Shown here: positions 51,895 to 64,000 of the stretch, in pieces
How the letters are laid out: each line of letters opens with the position of its first letter
Numbering within the stretch: the first letter of the stretch is position 1
DNA from: Octopus sinensis
Lineage: Eukaryota
Length of the DNA stretch: 64,000 nucleotides
Direction of reading: 5' to 3'
NCBI RefSeq assembly: GCF_006345805.1
Contig: NC_043004.1
Span: forward strand, 14,756,001 to 14,820,000
Notes under the pieces: generated by a model
What the model saw: only the letters and a program-made list of their open reading frames with translations
Database searches by the model: none
What the model was told of the DNA's origin: nothing
Position numbers and translations under genes: made by a program

Positions 51895-53035
51895 AATATA
51901 GCTGTAAAGCTTCGCGTTTTTATATATGCATAATCCTTCGTGTGTTGTATTTATATTTTATCTTGTTTGTTTCTATATCTGCACACATTCACTAACTTTT
52001 CCCCAGTAACTTAATAACAGCACTGGCACCCCCAAGATTTAGTGGTCTCAATGATAATCGCGCGAAGCCACGATGATATTTTGGTTCATTGACAGATGAG
52101 GGAAACTGAGCTACGAATATTCGTGTCTTTGTCTATGTTCCCGCCCGTTAAGTCTTCGTTTAGTTTCCCGTTTGCTCTGCTTTCGTCTAACCTTTTCTCC
52201 TTGTGCTCTGTCTGTTCAATCAGTGATACATCCTTGTAGCGCAACGGGACACCCAGTTTGTTTAATTTGTTGTAGAGAAATATTCCATGAATATTTATTG
52301 TGCCACTCTAACTCTTTATTCTTACTCTGTCTCCTTCTACCTCTGCTCTTACTCTATCACTTTCTTCACTCTTATTCTCTTTCGTACCATTGCTCAACTC
52401 CCTTCTCTCTTTCACTCTTTTCTCTACTCCCTTTGCTCCTTCCTCCTCTGTTTCTTTGTATCCCCTTCTTTCTATATAAATATATACTTCCTCTACCCTT
52501 CCACGTGACCGGTGTCCTGTAAAGGCGGTGTCATTCTTTTTCGCACTACATTTGACCAGACTGGTCAGGCTAGTATGGGCTCATGCTACGTCCATTAGGA
52601 CTTACTTCATTTCATCCTGCGCTACACAAATTAGTTCGTTTGTTAGCTGCAATGCTCTTTCTGTTGTATTTGTATATTATTAGTTTTTCTTTTGTTGTAT
52701 ATAGCCGTAAGGTTTAGCGTTGTATATGCTTAATTCTTCGCTTGTTGTATTTATCTTTTGTCTCTTGTTTCTATCTCAGTATATATTCACTATCTTTTTC
52801 CATGTAGCTTAATAACAGCACTGGCACCTCCAAGATTGAGCGGTCTCAATGACAATGGTGGGAAACCACAATGATATTTTGGTTCATGGACTGGCGAGGA
52901 AACCTCAGCTACGAATATTCTGTGTACCGTGTTTTTGTCTATACTCGCCGTCCGTTAAGTTTTCGTCTAGTTTCCCATTTGCTCTGCTTTCTTCACACCT
53001 TTTCCCCTTGTAGTGTTCTGTCTGTTCAATCCTTG
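51895..53035 (+). repeat. Two diverged direct copies of a 330-bp unit (about 51895-52230 and 52700-53035)
   Basis: Shared blocks include TTAATAACAGCACTGGCACC.CCAAGATT.AG.GGTCTCAATGA and ATGATATTTTGGTTCAT..AC...GAGG.AAC..AGCTACGAATATTC. Roughly 75-80% identical by eye; possibly Penelope-type terminal repeats. Confidence 0.8.
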
Positions 53036-53233
53036 ATATATATATACATATATATATACATATGTATACACACATATATATATATACATATATACATATA
53101 TATACACACACATATATATATATATACACACGCACATATACATATATACACATAGATATATGTGTGTGTGTGTGCGTACATACATTTACATGTATCTTTA
53201 TGTACATGTACATATACATGTATACACACACAC

Positions 53234-53272
<39 letters not shown>

Positions 53273-55106
53273 AGGAAGTATATCGGTAAATATTGAAACA
53301 TAGTTTTAAGATGTCTTTCGACCGACATGTATGTTTTGTATACACATGTTTGTATCTCCGGCTATATGTTGACGTTCTTTTGGCTCAGAACTCCAGGCTG
53401 AAAAATGAACTCCGTGTGATTAAACTAAGTATATGACAAGTGAAGCTCTACTCAGAACGCTTAATAAAATTACTTCTATGATTTAACTTGTGTCCTTCTT
53501 ATGGGTTCCTCTTAACAACTGCTTGGGCACCGGTACAACCAAATTGCTTCTATCTCCTTTCGTCCATCGAGTTTCAGTGAAACACGAACGATTTGCACCT
53601 AAATCGAGTGTTGTGGTATTCTTTCGTTCATAGTGTGTGATATGATTCTTAGTGATCTGGTGTCTATTTCTGCAGGCATTGTGATCGTGTCGAAGCTTTC
53701 TCATTAGATCTTATGTATCAAAATTTTAGAACAATGGTATCGGAAAAAGGAATCTAATTTAGATACATTAAGACGAAAGTGGATAAGGGAAGACCAGAAA
53801 ACTGTAGTGAAGTGGTCTGGATTCATCGATCATGTCTCTACATAGGAAATATGACATGTTCCTCGCTAACTGAAACTTGTTACAATAAGATTTACAACGA
53901 AATAGATTTCGCTCGTTGAAACTCATGCTGATTTTGGCAACTATATTTCAACAGTAAAGTTTTGATAATATTCGATTGACATATGCTTATTTCAATGATT
54001 TCTAAATACTTTGGATCAAAAAGAAAATAAGATCAGCAATATCAATGATATTAACCTAACTGAAATTCTTCATGGCAATGTCATAATTGCATCAAACTGT
54101 ATATCCTGTACATTTACAAGAGGGAGTTTCAGAGCAACAGTATTTTAAGGAAAACTTGTATAAATATCGACATATATGATATGGGAAATGCTTATCGTCT
54201 CATGTAATAATATTTAGTTACCAGAAAAATAGATATATTTATATCATGATGTCCCGTGATAAATTATAGGACATCTGATTTATCAGATTTGCTGTCAGTT
54301 TTGGCCCTCGTGTTATTTCCACATGCACAAAATAATTAAACGTTTGTCCTACACTACTGTACTACTGAGATTCCGAAATCGTTCAAGTGTGATTGAAAAC
54401 CAAACGAAACTATTCATTATAATTTGAAGGGTTGTTTAACCCTCCCCCCCAGTTGAACACAAGGTGCATGATACATTCTATCCGACTAAAACTTATAATC
54501 TTACAAGAATTAACAAAACTGTACAATATTGAGTAGCTAACGGGAGAGGTTGCACTCATCATTCTAGAAACTGGCTATTTGTACAGAATATTAAAGCGCT
54601 AAAATAGACAGAGATGGACAGATATCGCATGACAAGCACAGCAACATGGCATAAAGTGAACCCAAACTCATGTGAATGTCAACAAGCTTCAATTATACTT
54701 GACAGCACCGTAAGAACGGAAGATACTTAACGGCAATAGAACACAATCCATATTCAGTCTGTTGCTGGTGGATATATATGTTCGCCCATGCATACAGCAC
54801 AACGTTCAAATGTTTGAGACCAGATACTTTGGTATATTCTTTCTAGATAAATTCCAAGTTCGCGTAACACAATTTGTTTAGCAGTCACGATTAATGGTCT
54901 CTGAATTTAACTGAGAAATTCAAACTGTATCAAGTAGCAAATGTGCTTGACAAAACAATGAAGCAGATTCCCGATAATATAATCCGCATACAATACATAT
55001 TCATAGTTGCACAAAAATACAAATTTCCTAACAAACATATACAGTCACACACACACATATATACATACACACATACATACACACACACAGACACACATAC
55101 ACACAG

Positions 55107-55145
<39 letters not shown>

Positions 55146-55871
55146 CGCATACAATCTCACATTCATACCCGCATAACCATGCATACATACGTACGCACAC
55201 ACACATGAATATATAGAGAAGTATTAGAAAACAACCGTTAGTAGTTGCTTAACTGCCTAAACAATGCATCAGACGAATTCACAAGTATAAGATGTGGAAA
55301 TAAATTTTTAAAGAAAACATTAGATACGGATTGTTCATTAGTCACTTAGCATTTTGAAACAGAAAAATCGTCAAGTTTTCTAATGTGCTAACGCAGGATT
55401 AGCATTATTTTCAAGAAAATTAATTAAACATCTAAGAACATATAATTAATTGTATGTTATTCCAATACCCAATAAAAAGCGAAGCGAAACAAAGATATTG
55501 TAAAAGCGAATAGAATGACAATGAATGGATATATCCTGCTAAGAAAATCTAATGTAAATGATTTGTATTAAAGCAGTACTTTAATATATAACACATTTCT
55601 TCAATGACGCTTAAAGCTATCTCTAGCTGAATTGTTGATTATGCAATGTTTTCGCAATCTTCACGGACTATTTTCACCGAGAGCATAAATGATAATGAAA
55701 AGCTAGTTGAGACTCATTTTAATTGATTTCTAATAAAGTCATAAAAGATTAGTTATGTATCATATGCAAACTTTTAAGAAAAGTTATGTGCAAAAGTATG
55801 TTCATAACTTTCGCAGTTGCGCAAAAGTGAGCTTTATATGTATATTATAATAAGATATACAGCATATAATA

Positions 55872-56104
55872 TTTTACTCCTTTACTTGTTTCAGTCCTTT
55901 GACTGTGGCCATGCTGGAGCACCGCCTTTAGTCGAGCAAATCGACCCCAGGACTTATTCTTTGTAAGCCTAGTACTTATTCTATCGGTCTGTCTTGTCGA
56001 ACCGCTAAGTTACGGGGACGTAAACACACCACCATCTGTTGTCAAGCGATGTTGGGGGGGGGGGGGGCAAAAACAGACACACATGTATACACGCCCGTAC
56101 ATAC

Positions 56105-56162
<58 letters not shown>

Positions 56163-56314
56163 GACAGGCTTCTTTCAGCTTCCGACTACCAAATCCACCC
56201 ACAATGCTTTGGTCGGCCCGAGACTATAGTAGAAGACACTTGCCCAAGGTGCCACGCAGTGGGAAAGTACCCGGAACCATGTGGTTCGTAAGCAAGCTAC
56301 ATACCACCCAGCCA
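55872..56314 (-). mobile_element. SINE family D, full length; a second degenerate copy follows at about 56370-56715
   Basis: Tail TACTCCTTTACTTGTTTCAG, core AAATCGACCCCAGGACTTATTC, internal microsatellite, tRNA-like head ending ...GCTACATACCACCCAGCC. Confidence 0.92.
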
Positions 56315-57062
56315 TATACATATTTACGCATATATTTTTATGCGTGTGCGTGTGTATCTTTTATTTTTTATCTGTTTCAGTCAGAAGACAGCAGTCCACT
56401 GGATCATCACCTTGAATTTATTTTTTAGTCGAATGGATCGATCCCAGTATTATTTTTTTAAAGCCTGGTACTTATTCTATTGGTCACTTGTGTCGGTTGT
56501 CAAGCGATGATGTGTGACAAACCCCCCCCCCCGCACACACATATATATATATATATATTTAAACAATAGGCTTCTTTCATTTTCTGTCTACCAAATCCAA
56601 TCCTAAGTCTTTTGTGTGGCCGAAGCTATAGTAGGTACACTTGCCCAAGGTGCCACACTGTGAGACTGAACCCGGAATCATGTGGCTGGTAAGCAAACAA
56701 CTTACTACACAGCCATTCCTGTGTCTCTATATATCTATATATATAGGATTTTTTCACTCTCAATCTCTTTATATTCTCTTACACTTTTCTGTTGAAGAAC
56801 CTAGGGTTGACAGCGTAAAAACCTCTTCCATTTTTCCAGAGCGTCAAACTAATACACTTGCTTGTTGTTCACACACCTGCCTTTGTCTTCTTTTTCTATA
56901 GATTTCAATTATATGTATATATATATAGTGAGTGTATGGGTACATATAATGTATATATTTATGTCCGTCTATGTATGTATGTATATATGTATGTATGTAT
57001 TATGTATGTATGTATGTATGTATGTAAGTATCTATCTATCTATCTATCTATATATCTATCTG

Positions 57063-57120
<58 letters not shown>

Positions 57121-57574
57121 AATATGATATAATTTGAACCTGTTGCATTGACGGGGTGATTGATGACGTCTACATCGGCGGTCGTTCAATCAGGTCTACG
57201 TAATCAGAAGTGTTACTCGATACCAAAGAACACAATTGTGACATCTCTCAAACGGACGGACGTTGCCAGATTACTACAACCCAATAGTTTGCGTTACGGA
57301 AGCTGACTACAGTTGATGGGAATACACACGCACGTACGCACACGCGCGCCCGCACGCACACACAAATCCACGCTCTCACAAACAAACATATATACACACA
57401 AAAAGACGTGTTTTTGTGGAGCTTATATTTGTGACAATACATGTGGCAACATTTATATTCCGAGTGAGAAGTCGCGAATGTGATGGATCGGACAATAATT
57501 GTAAATACCTCGCTAATATTCATAACTATGCACAATTCTATAAAGCTTTATCTTGTGTCTACACGCGGCAAGCT

Positions 57575-57958
57575 GACAAACGTTAACATGCCGGGCGAAA
57601 TGCGTAGCCGTATTTCGTCTGCTGTTACGTTCTGAGTTCAAATTCCGCCGAGGTCGACTTTGCTTTTCATCCTTTCGGGGTCGATTAAATAAGTACCAGT
57701 TACGCACTGGGATCGATATAATCGACTTAATCCGTTTGTCTGTCCTTGTTTGTCCTCTCTGTGTTTAGCCCCTTGTGTGTAGTAAAGAAATAGGTATTTC
57801 ATCTGAAGTTACGTTCTGAATTCAAATTCCTCCGGGGTCGACTATGCCTTTCATCTTTTCGAGGTTGATAAATTAAATAACAGTTGCGTACTGGATTCGA
57901 TCTAATTGACTGGATCGCCCCCTCCAAATTTCAGGCTTTGTGCCTATAAGTAGAAATT
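57575..57958 (+). mobile_element. SINE family E, dimeric form
   Basis: Two internal repeats of TTACGTTCTGA.TTCAAATTCC.CCG.GGTCGACT.TGC.TTTCATC, ending CAAATTTCAGGCTTTGTGCCTATAAGTAGAAA. Fragments of the family also occur at about 195-330, 24180-24255, 38690-38845 and 60960-61125. Confidence 0.85.
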
Positions 57959-58035
57959 ATGTGCCTACATAAGGCTTGATACGAATTATAGTTTGTCATA
58001 AATTGTTAACTTCACAGGCACAATCAGAGAGAGAA

Positions 58036-58075
<40 letters not shown>

Positions 58076-59526
58076 GGAGACCTGTTTATAATCCTAGATT
58101 CCAATATTATTTAGATTTATATGTAGAGATGTAGCGTAATACCTAACTGAGCAGGTTTTATTTCTTCCAGGAAATTCTTTTAACAGTTCACCTCCATTAT
58201 GTACACGCGTGCCTATTAATATATGTCTTCTTTTGTAATTAATATTAGAATTATCTTATTATTGTTGATGTATAATTATTTAGATTATGTAGTATTTGCC
58301 AATAATAAGTTAAATAAAACAATTTAGATCTGTAAGCAACATGTTCTCATGCAAAATTCCAAATTTGTTTCATTGTTGGTTTATGTATACGTATGTTTAT
58401 TATTTATATAATTTTAGCAATTAATTTCACACACGCAGATGCGTACATACATTCGCACACGAAGACACACAAACAACATACATGTATGAATTTGTTCAGC
58501 TAGTTTATTCATTTCTCCGACTTACATAGTAAATAAATTGAAAGCAGAAAGCAGAAGATGCAAATCCATCACGCACTAGACTTTACAGGACAAGAGAAAG
58601 ATAATGTTTGCGATATTGTGTTAACCAGTCACAAGTAACTTGAATCTTTCTATTACTTAATGCCGATAGTAAACAGTATACATTCCCATTAAAGCCCTAT
58701 CGTTTCTGTGCATAAAATAACCAATCTTCATTGATAGAATCATTTGTTTGCTGGTCATCATATAAATTATCCTTATAAGAGTGATTGAAATATCCTGGCA
58801 TATTCCATCCTTAATTGTTATTTATTTTACTGTAACGTGAAACTATCAAAGAATTCCGAAACCATTCTTTTACTATCTCTTCAACCAATCTATCTAATAC
58901 CGTATCTTAAACGGATACGGGTATACAATGGAACTATGCGCTCGAAATAATTCATATATAAATGACATCAAATGAGATAAAATATGTGAAATCTCGTCTG
59001 CAATTTAATCCAGTAGCGTTTACGCATGATTTATATTGATTTAAATTGAGAGGAAAAGGCAAAAGGAAATAGAGTGATTATATACTAGATAATCTCTTCA
59101 AACACGCTTCTACTTCAAGCAAATGAAATCAGTTTATATTAGAAATCTGCTTAAATTAAGCACCATGTCCATGACATATACGATAACATACGTTACCACT
59201 TACGCGAAGTTAGCTGGAATATAATATCATAAAGGAAATTGTGATTTAACTATTTTAATATTGTGAAATATAATGAGTTTGTGTATTGCAATGCATTTAA
59301 AAATATATTGATGTCACATCTTAAGAATTATATTTCTCAAATATATGTTTGTACTATCAACTAAGTAAAGTTTTAAAAATCTATTACATAAAACATTGTT
59401 CATAGAGTTTTTATGTTGATGAATAACGTTTTAATCTAGGAAAGGAAATAAAAATTAAATGGATGGAATTAAAGGAAGAATATTAAGATTTTGTCATTCT
59501 TCTCTTTCAGTAAAGAGAATAAAAAG

Positions 59527-59938
59527 TCGGGGTGGCTGTGTGGTAAGGAGCTTGCTTACGAACCACATGGTTCTGGGTACTGTCCAACTGCTTGGCACCT
59601 TGGGCAAGTGTCTTCTGCTATAGCCCCGGGCCGACCAATGCCTTGTGAGTGGATTTGGTAGACGGAAACTGAAAGAAATCCGTCGAATATATTATATATT
59701 TGTATGTATGTGTGTGTGTGTATATGTTTGCGTGTCTGTATTTGTCCCCCCAACATCACTTGACAACCGATGGTGGTGTGTTTACGTCCCCGTAACTTAG
59801 CGGTTCAGCAAAAGTGATCGACAGAACAAGTACTAGGCTTACAAAGAATAAGTCCTGGTGTCGATTTGTTCGACTAAAGGCGATGCTCCAGCAAGGCCAC
59901 AATCAAATGACTGAAACAAGTAAAAGAGTAAAAGAGTA
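59527..59938 (+). mobile_element. SINE family D, full length
   Basis: Head GGTGGCTGTGTGGTAAGGAGCTTGCTT..., internal (TG)n, tail ACTGAAACAAGTAAAAGAGTAAAAGAGTA. Confidence 0.92.
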
Positions 59939-61225
59939 TCAGGGGTTTTTATTAAGTTACACATGGCTTGGGCCGATCTTTGACGGAAACACATCTATGT
60001 TATCTACGTTATCTATATTTGGGTCCATTATGCATGTACCTATTGTACATGAAATTCTATTTATTCAGTTCTTTTTAGTTTTACATTTCTACTTTGGTTT
60101 TGATTTTTGTTTTACAATTAGTAATTAATATCAAAGTTTCGGCTTTCGTTCCAAGTTCTTATATAGCAAACGTAGGATTTTAGGACACAGCAATGATGGT
60201 GATATTACGTTAGATAGTATATGTCAATCACGCATTTCCAAATTTGAAAAAAATAACGGGAAATCATAATCTCATAAACTTTCTAAGCTTGTGTTAATTT
60301 AATAGTTTCTATGTGTAGCACTATTTGATTTTACCTTTCCTCGGACTTACATAATGCTTAAATTGGTACATATTTACATAAGTTTCTGCAGCATTACATT
60401 AATTTTACTAATGGCATAAGTCGTTTAATCTTGTGAGATTCTATATTTATCGTATGAGAGTGAACGCTATTTAATTGAAGAAATGTATGCGAAATGTGAT
60501 GATTATATTATTCCTTGTTACAATAACATTCTATTCAAGAAAATTCATTAACCACCTCATGCGAGGAGAATTAAAGTGCCACTATGGAGTCTAATAACCT
60601 TGCTGTTGGCAATAACGTCGCTTTAATATCTGAGGTTTTAAAATGGCTTCGTCGATTTTACTGTTCGTCAGTCGAGAGGAATTCAAGTAGCTGCTGAAGT
60701 CCGTAGAATCATACGCTCCTTCACTCAACAAGTAACAGTGTTAATACACTGTTGACAAATATCTGTGCTAATGAAATACCAAGTGAGCCATTTAAACGCA
60801 TTCTGGTGACAGCATTCCAAAAATATTTTCATATTTCCCTCATGTAAAGTTATTTTTCTTGAGCCTAGGAATCATAATATTGTTCGTCCAATTTCCCTTG
60901 CGTACACGTGATTAAGGTCATAACAGACATTCTCAAAGTGACTACAGTCTATTGCAGGTTTCGAGAACGGTAATTTTGGGGAGAGGCGACAAGTCAGTTA
61001 CAATAAAGTCAGTTCATGACTGGTACTTAATGTTATTAAAAAGGATGAAAGGCAAGGATGACCTCGGAGGGATTTAAACTCAGAACAGCGGGAAGAAATG
61101 ACGTCGAGGAATTTTGCCGGATTGTAGGTGTATTTTGATCTGAGATTTATTCAAATACAGACATCTAGAAGTTTTTCTCCATTGCACTACGTAAAACAAA
61201 TGTTGAGCAACATAAATTTACTTAC

Positions 61226-61408
61226 TTGTACATGCCATTTTAGGTCCGCTCCATGTACCGTCACCTTTACACATAGCACGTTGATAGCCGCTCGCCGTAT
61301 AAGTTGAACGACAAGTGTACATCAATTCAGTACCGGCTGGGAACCTTGCTTGTTCTCTTGGTGCATTGTGAAGTGCATTCTCAATACTTGGTGGCTGATT
61401 ACAGACCA
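61226..61408 (-). CDS. lev-9: Exon encoding a sushi/CCP domain; LEV-9/Hasp-like protein (partial gene)
   Basis: 183 nt, TTGCAG| acceptor, A|GTAAGT donor, phase 1-1. VCNQPPSIENALHNAPREQARFPAGTELMYTCRSTYTASGYQRAMCKGDGTWSGPKMACT has the four CCP Cys and the Trp. The HNA..EQA.F and W.GP...C motifs match my recollection of the first CCP of LEV-9/Hasp. Orthology is less certain (about 0.6) than the exon call. Confidence 0.93.
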
Positions 61409-61579
61409 CTGCAACAAAAAATTATGCAATTTCTGCTGAATGTTTTGCTCAAATTAAATTTATAACCTTTTAAAATTAGTTATAATGCACAAACGTTTCT
61501 AAATAAGTATACACATCTATAGGGGCAAATACAAACATAGATCTGACATTCACGCTAAGCTCGATAGACCAAACTAACG

Positions 61580-61651
61580 ACGAAACAACGAAACAACAAA
61601 ACAACGAAACAACGAAACAACAAAACAACGAAACAACGAAACAACAAATAA
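61580..61651. repeat. 8-bp minisatellite with 24-bp higher-order structure
   Basis: (ACGAAACA ACGAAACA ACAAAACA) x3, the last unit degenerate. Confidence 0.9.
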
Positions 61652-62071
61652 AACCAAAGACAAATGCTAACTGATACATTTAATATTAAGAACAAGAAAT
61701 ATATAGTAACGACGAAGAGAATTTTCAAATTGACATAGGAAAACTTTACTCAAACATTTAAACAGGTTGAAATATACAAAGTACTAGGAAATATTAATGT
61801 TGACAAGATGTATATTAGACAGAAACATAGTTCAGTTATGAGAGTTAACAAAGAGAGACATGTTGAAAACTTTAACGTAAGACTTTAATTAATGCTGTAG
61901 CATTAAACACACGTTACTGGAGACTTCAATACTTAGACTAAGAACAACGCAGAATGACTTGAACTATAAAACTTAACAGAAAATAGAAAACAACTGGATA
62001 ACACGAATAACACAAGATGGAACAACATGCATAGTATATATACATGTGTATGCACTTATAACACGAACATA

Positions 62072-62137
<66 letters not shown>

Positions 62138-62339
62138 CATGTATATATATACATGTATATATACATACGTATATATATATTATATATATATATATATATA
62201 CACATATAAAATATATACATACATATATATATGTATATAGATATATAGAGATACATACAGACACGCATACATATATTTCTGTACATATATAGGAATGTAT
62301 ATAGATATATATACGTGTTTGTGTGTATATATGTATACA

Positions 62340-62378
<39 letters not shown>

Positions 62379-62888
62379 TAGTCATAAGTATATACACATA
62401 TAATATGAAATATATCAAACTAGGCGATATATTTACTCAAACTATAACACATAGAAACAAACATACATACATATGATATTTTATACGGATTTCTTTTTAA
62501 TTTTACAACTACATATAATTCAGGATATACATATATATATTGCTGTAGAGAGGAATAAGTTGTATATAATATATATACGAATACGGATTACACAGAAATT
62601 AATTACATATACGAAGTATATATATTATATACTCTAACAACCGTAGACATTATATACATACAAGAGGACGCATATAAATATAGTAATATAAGTATGTAAA
62701 TATATATGCTCACACATACATAACTGATATGTATGCATATGTATGTATATATACACACATGTATGTATATACCTAAACACGCATTCACAAGTTTCTAAAC
62801 ACATATTAAACGTGCAAATTTGTCTCACAACACCAGGACAAGGAAGATTCTTTGTAATGCATATACCACGTGATACTTGAATATTTAC

Positions 62889-62906
62889 CCATGTTAAATT
62901 TTGCAT
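62889..62906 (-). CDS. Probable 18-nt microexon (xAKFNMx) of the sushi/CCP-repeat gene
   Basis: Very strong acceptor GAGTTTTTTGTTTCCTTTTTTTCAG| then AT GCA AAA TTT AAC ATG G and donor |GTAAAT. Phase 1-1, and it splices in frame to the 61408 exon (G+TG=Val). The alternative longer phase-0 reading ends in phase 2 and cannot join the next exon. Confidence 0.55.
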
Positions 62907-63343
62907 CTGAAAAAAAGGAAACAAAAAACTCAAAACCAAGTGATCCTTTCACTTAAGGGAAAAGTATTCCGTTTTGTTTCCAACGGGTTGCAATATACCA
63001 AGGAAGCACCGAGAGGAAGAGGAATTTGATTTCTACATATTCAACTATTGTGTGTCTTTGGTGCAGGTATACGATTTCTGGGCAATCAGTGGGATACACC
63101 ATTTTCTTAAGACACCACGGTTCAATCATTCCCTACGGCTGATATGCACATATATACGTTATATACACATATAGAGACAATACACACACAAACATATATT
63201 TATACCTCTAAGTATATACATATAATCATACATGCATAGATGCATATATATATTATGTATATTATCACTTTCTGTTCCTCTCTCCCTCTCTTTTACTATA
63301 TATATGTGTGTATATATATATAATTATGTATATATAAATATGC

Positions 63344-63386
<43 letters not shown>

Positions 63387-63393
63387 GTGTGTG

Positions 63394-63458
<65 letters not shown>

Positions 63459-64000
63459 TGTAAGTGTATATGGTGGTATGTATAATTTCCAAGTAAATCA
63501 TTCAACTGAATGATAGTGACAAATTGTAGAGAAAATCTCTTAATGTAATTATTTGTGTAAGAAATATATGCTTTACTTTAACATGATATTTTCTGACATA
63601 CATGGAATAAAATATAGTTATTGAGATATTAATAACGTAGAGGAATAATATAATATAATGCAATGCATTTTATGAAATTAAATATATGAAATATAATTGA
63701 TTTTTTTTTTTAGCAGTCATCCGATCCTTCTTTCTTTATTTCTCTCGATGTCCCTCATACACACACATTCTATCTTTCTGTTTCCCCTCCTTCTCCCTTC
63801 TCTGTTCATATTTTGTTCCCATCTCCATGAGTGAACAAACAGTTAAGTATGAGTTTTCTACATTCACTGCCTGAGGCCGGCATTAAATAGGTTACCATTT
63901 CAGTATTATTTTACGTTCGTCATTTATATACTCATAAAATCATTTTATAGGCAGCATTTCAATAGCTTTTGTTTCAACTTAATGGAAATAAGTTTTTATT

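Noticed and set aside
62634-62939. Cys-rich ORF (ICITKNLPCPGVVRQICTFNMCLETCEC) as the expected WAP domain
   Set aside because: The Cys spacing does not fit WAP and its phase (0 to 2) cannot join the phase-1 CCP exon. The 18-nt phase-1 reading fits better.

Overview
AT-rich, microsatellite-dense animal genomic DNA. The repeat landscape (several tRNA-derived SINE families, Penelope-like, RTE and mariner relics, very dense (TA)n/(CA)n/(TATC)n/(AAT)n) matches what I recall for Octopus; this assignment is from recognition, not a search. The only gene I can support is an internal part of a large minus-strand gene for a secreted or cell-surface sushi/CCP-repeat protein most similar to C. elegans LEV-9 / Drosophila Hasp. 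It has three full CCP exons (61226-61408, 48171-48338, and 44747-44920, the last missing from the ORF track and ending in a GC-AG donor) plus phase-1/phase-1 microexons of 27 nt (49192-49218), probably 18 nt (62889-62906) and possibly 30 nt (25257-25286). Spliced fragment: (D)AKFNM-V-VCNQPPSIENALHNAPREQARFPAGTELMYTCRSTYTASGYQRAMCKGDGTWSGPKMACT-K-SDDTKPET-D-CKYPGEVSNGRREGQDFRYPAKVTYFCNEGFQLIGNPVRECQINGQWSGSLPLCN-P-IRCEKLGPPLNGFITGSGETYNTVLRFSCPEGYKLVGSAERRCMSDGEWSGQLSRCQ. The rest is intronic or intergenic. It holds several long fold-back repeats (a near-perfect 564-bp palindrome, a 463-bp MITE-like hairpin, an inverted Penelope 3' end), degenerate hammerhead-ribozyme-like motifs in Penelope-type ends, and a near-identical 1,062-bp tandem duplication. 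Almost all ORF-track entries are microsatellite artefacts. No tRNA, rRNA or CRISPR features are present. All alignments and counts were done by eye.
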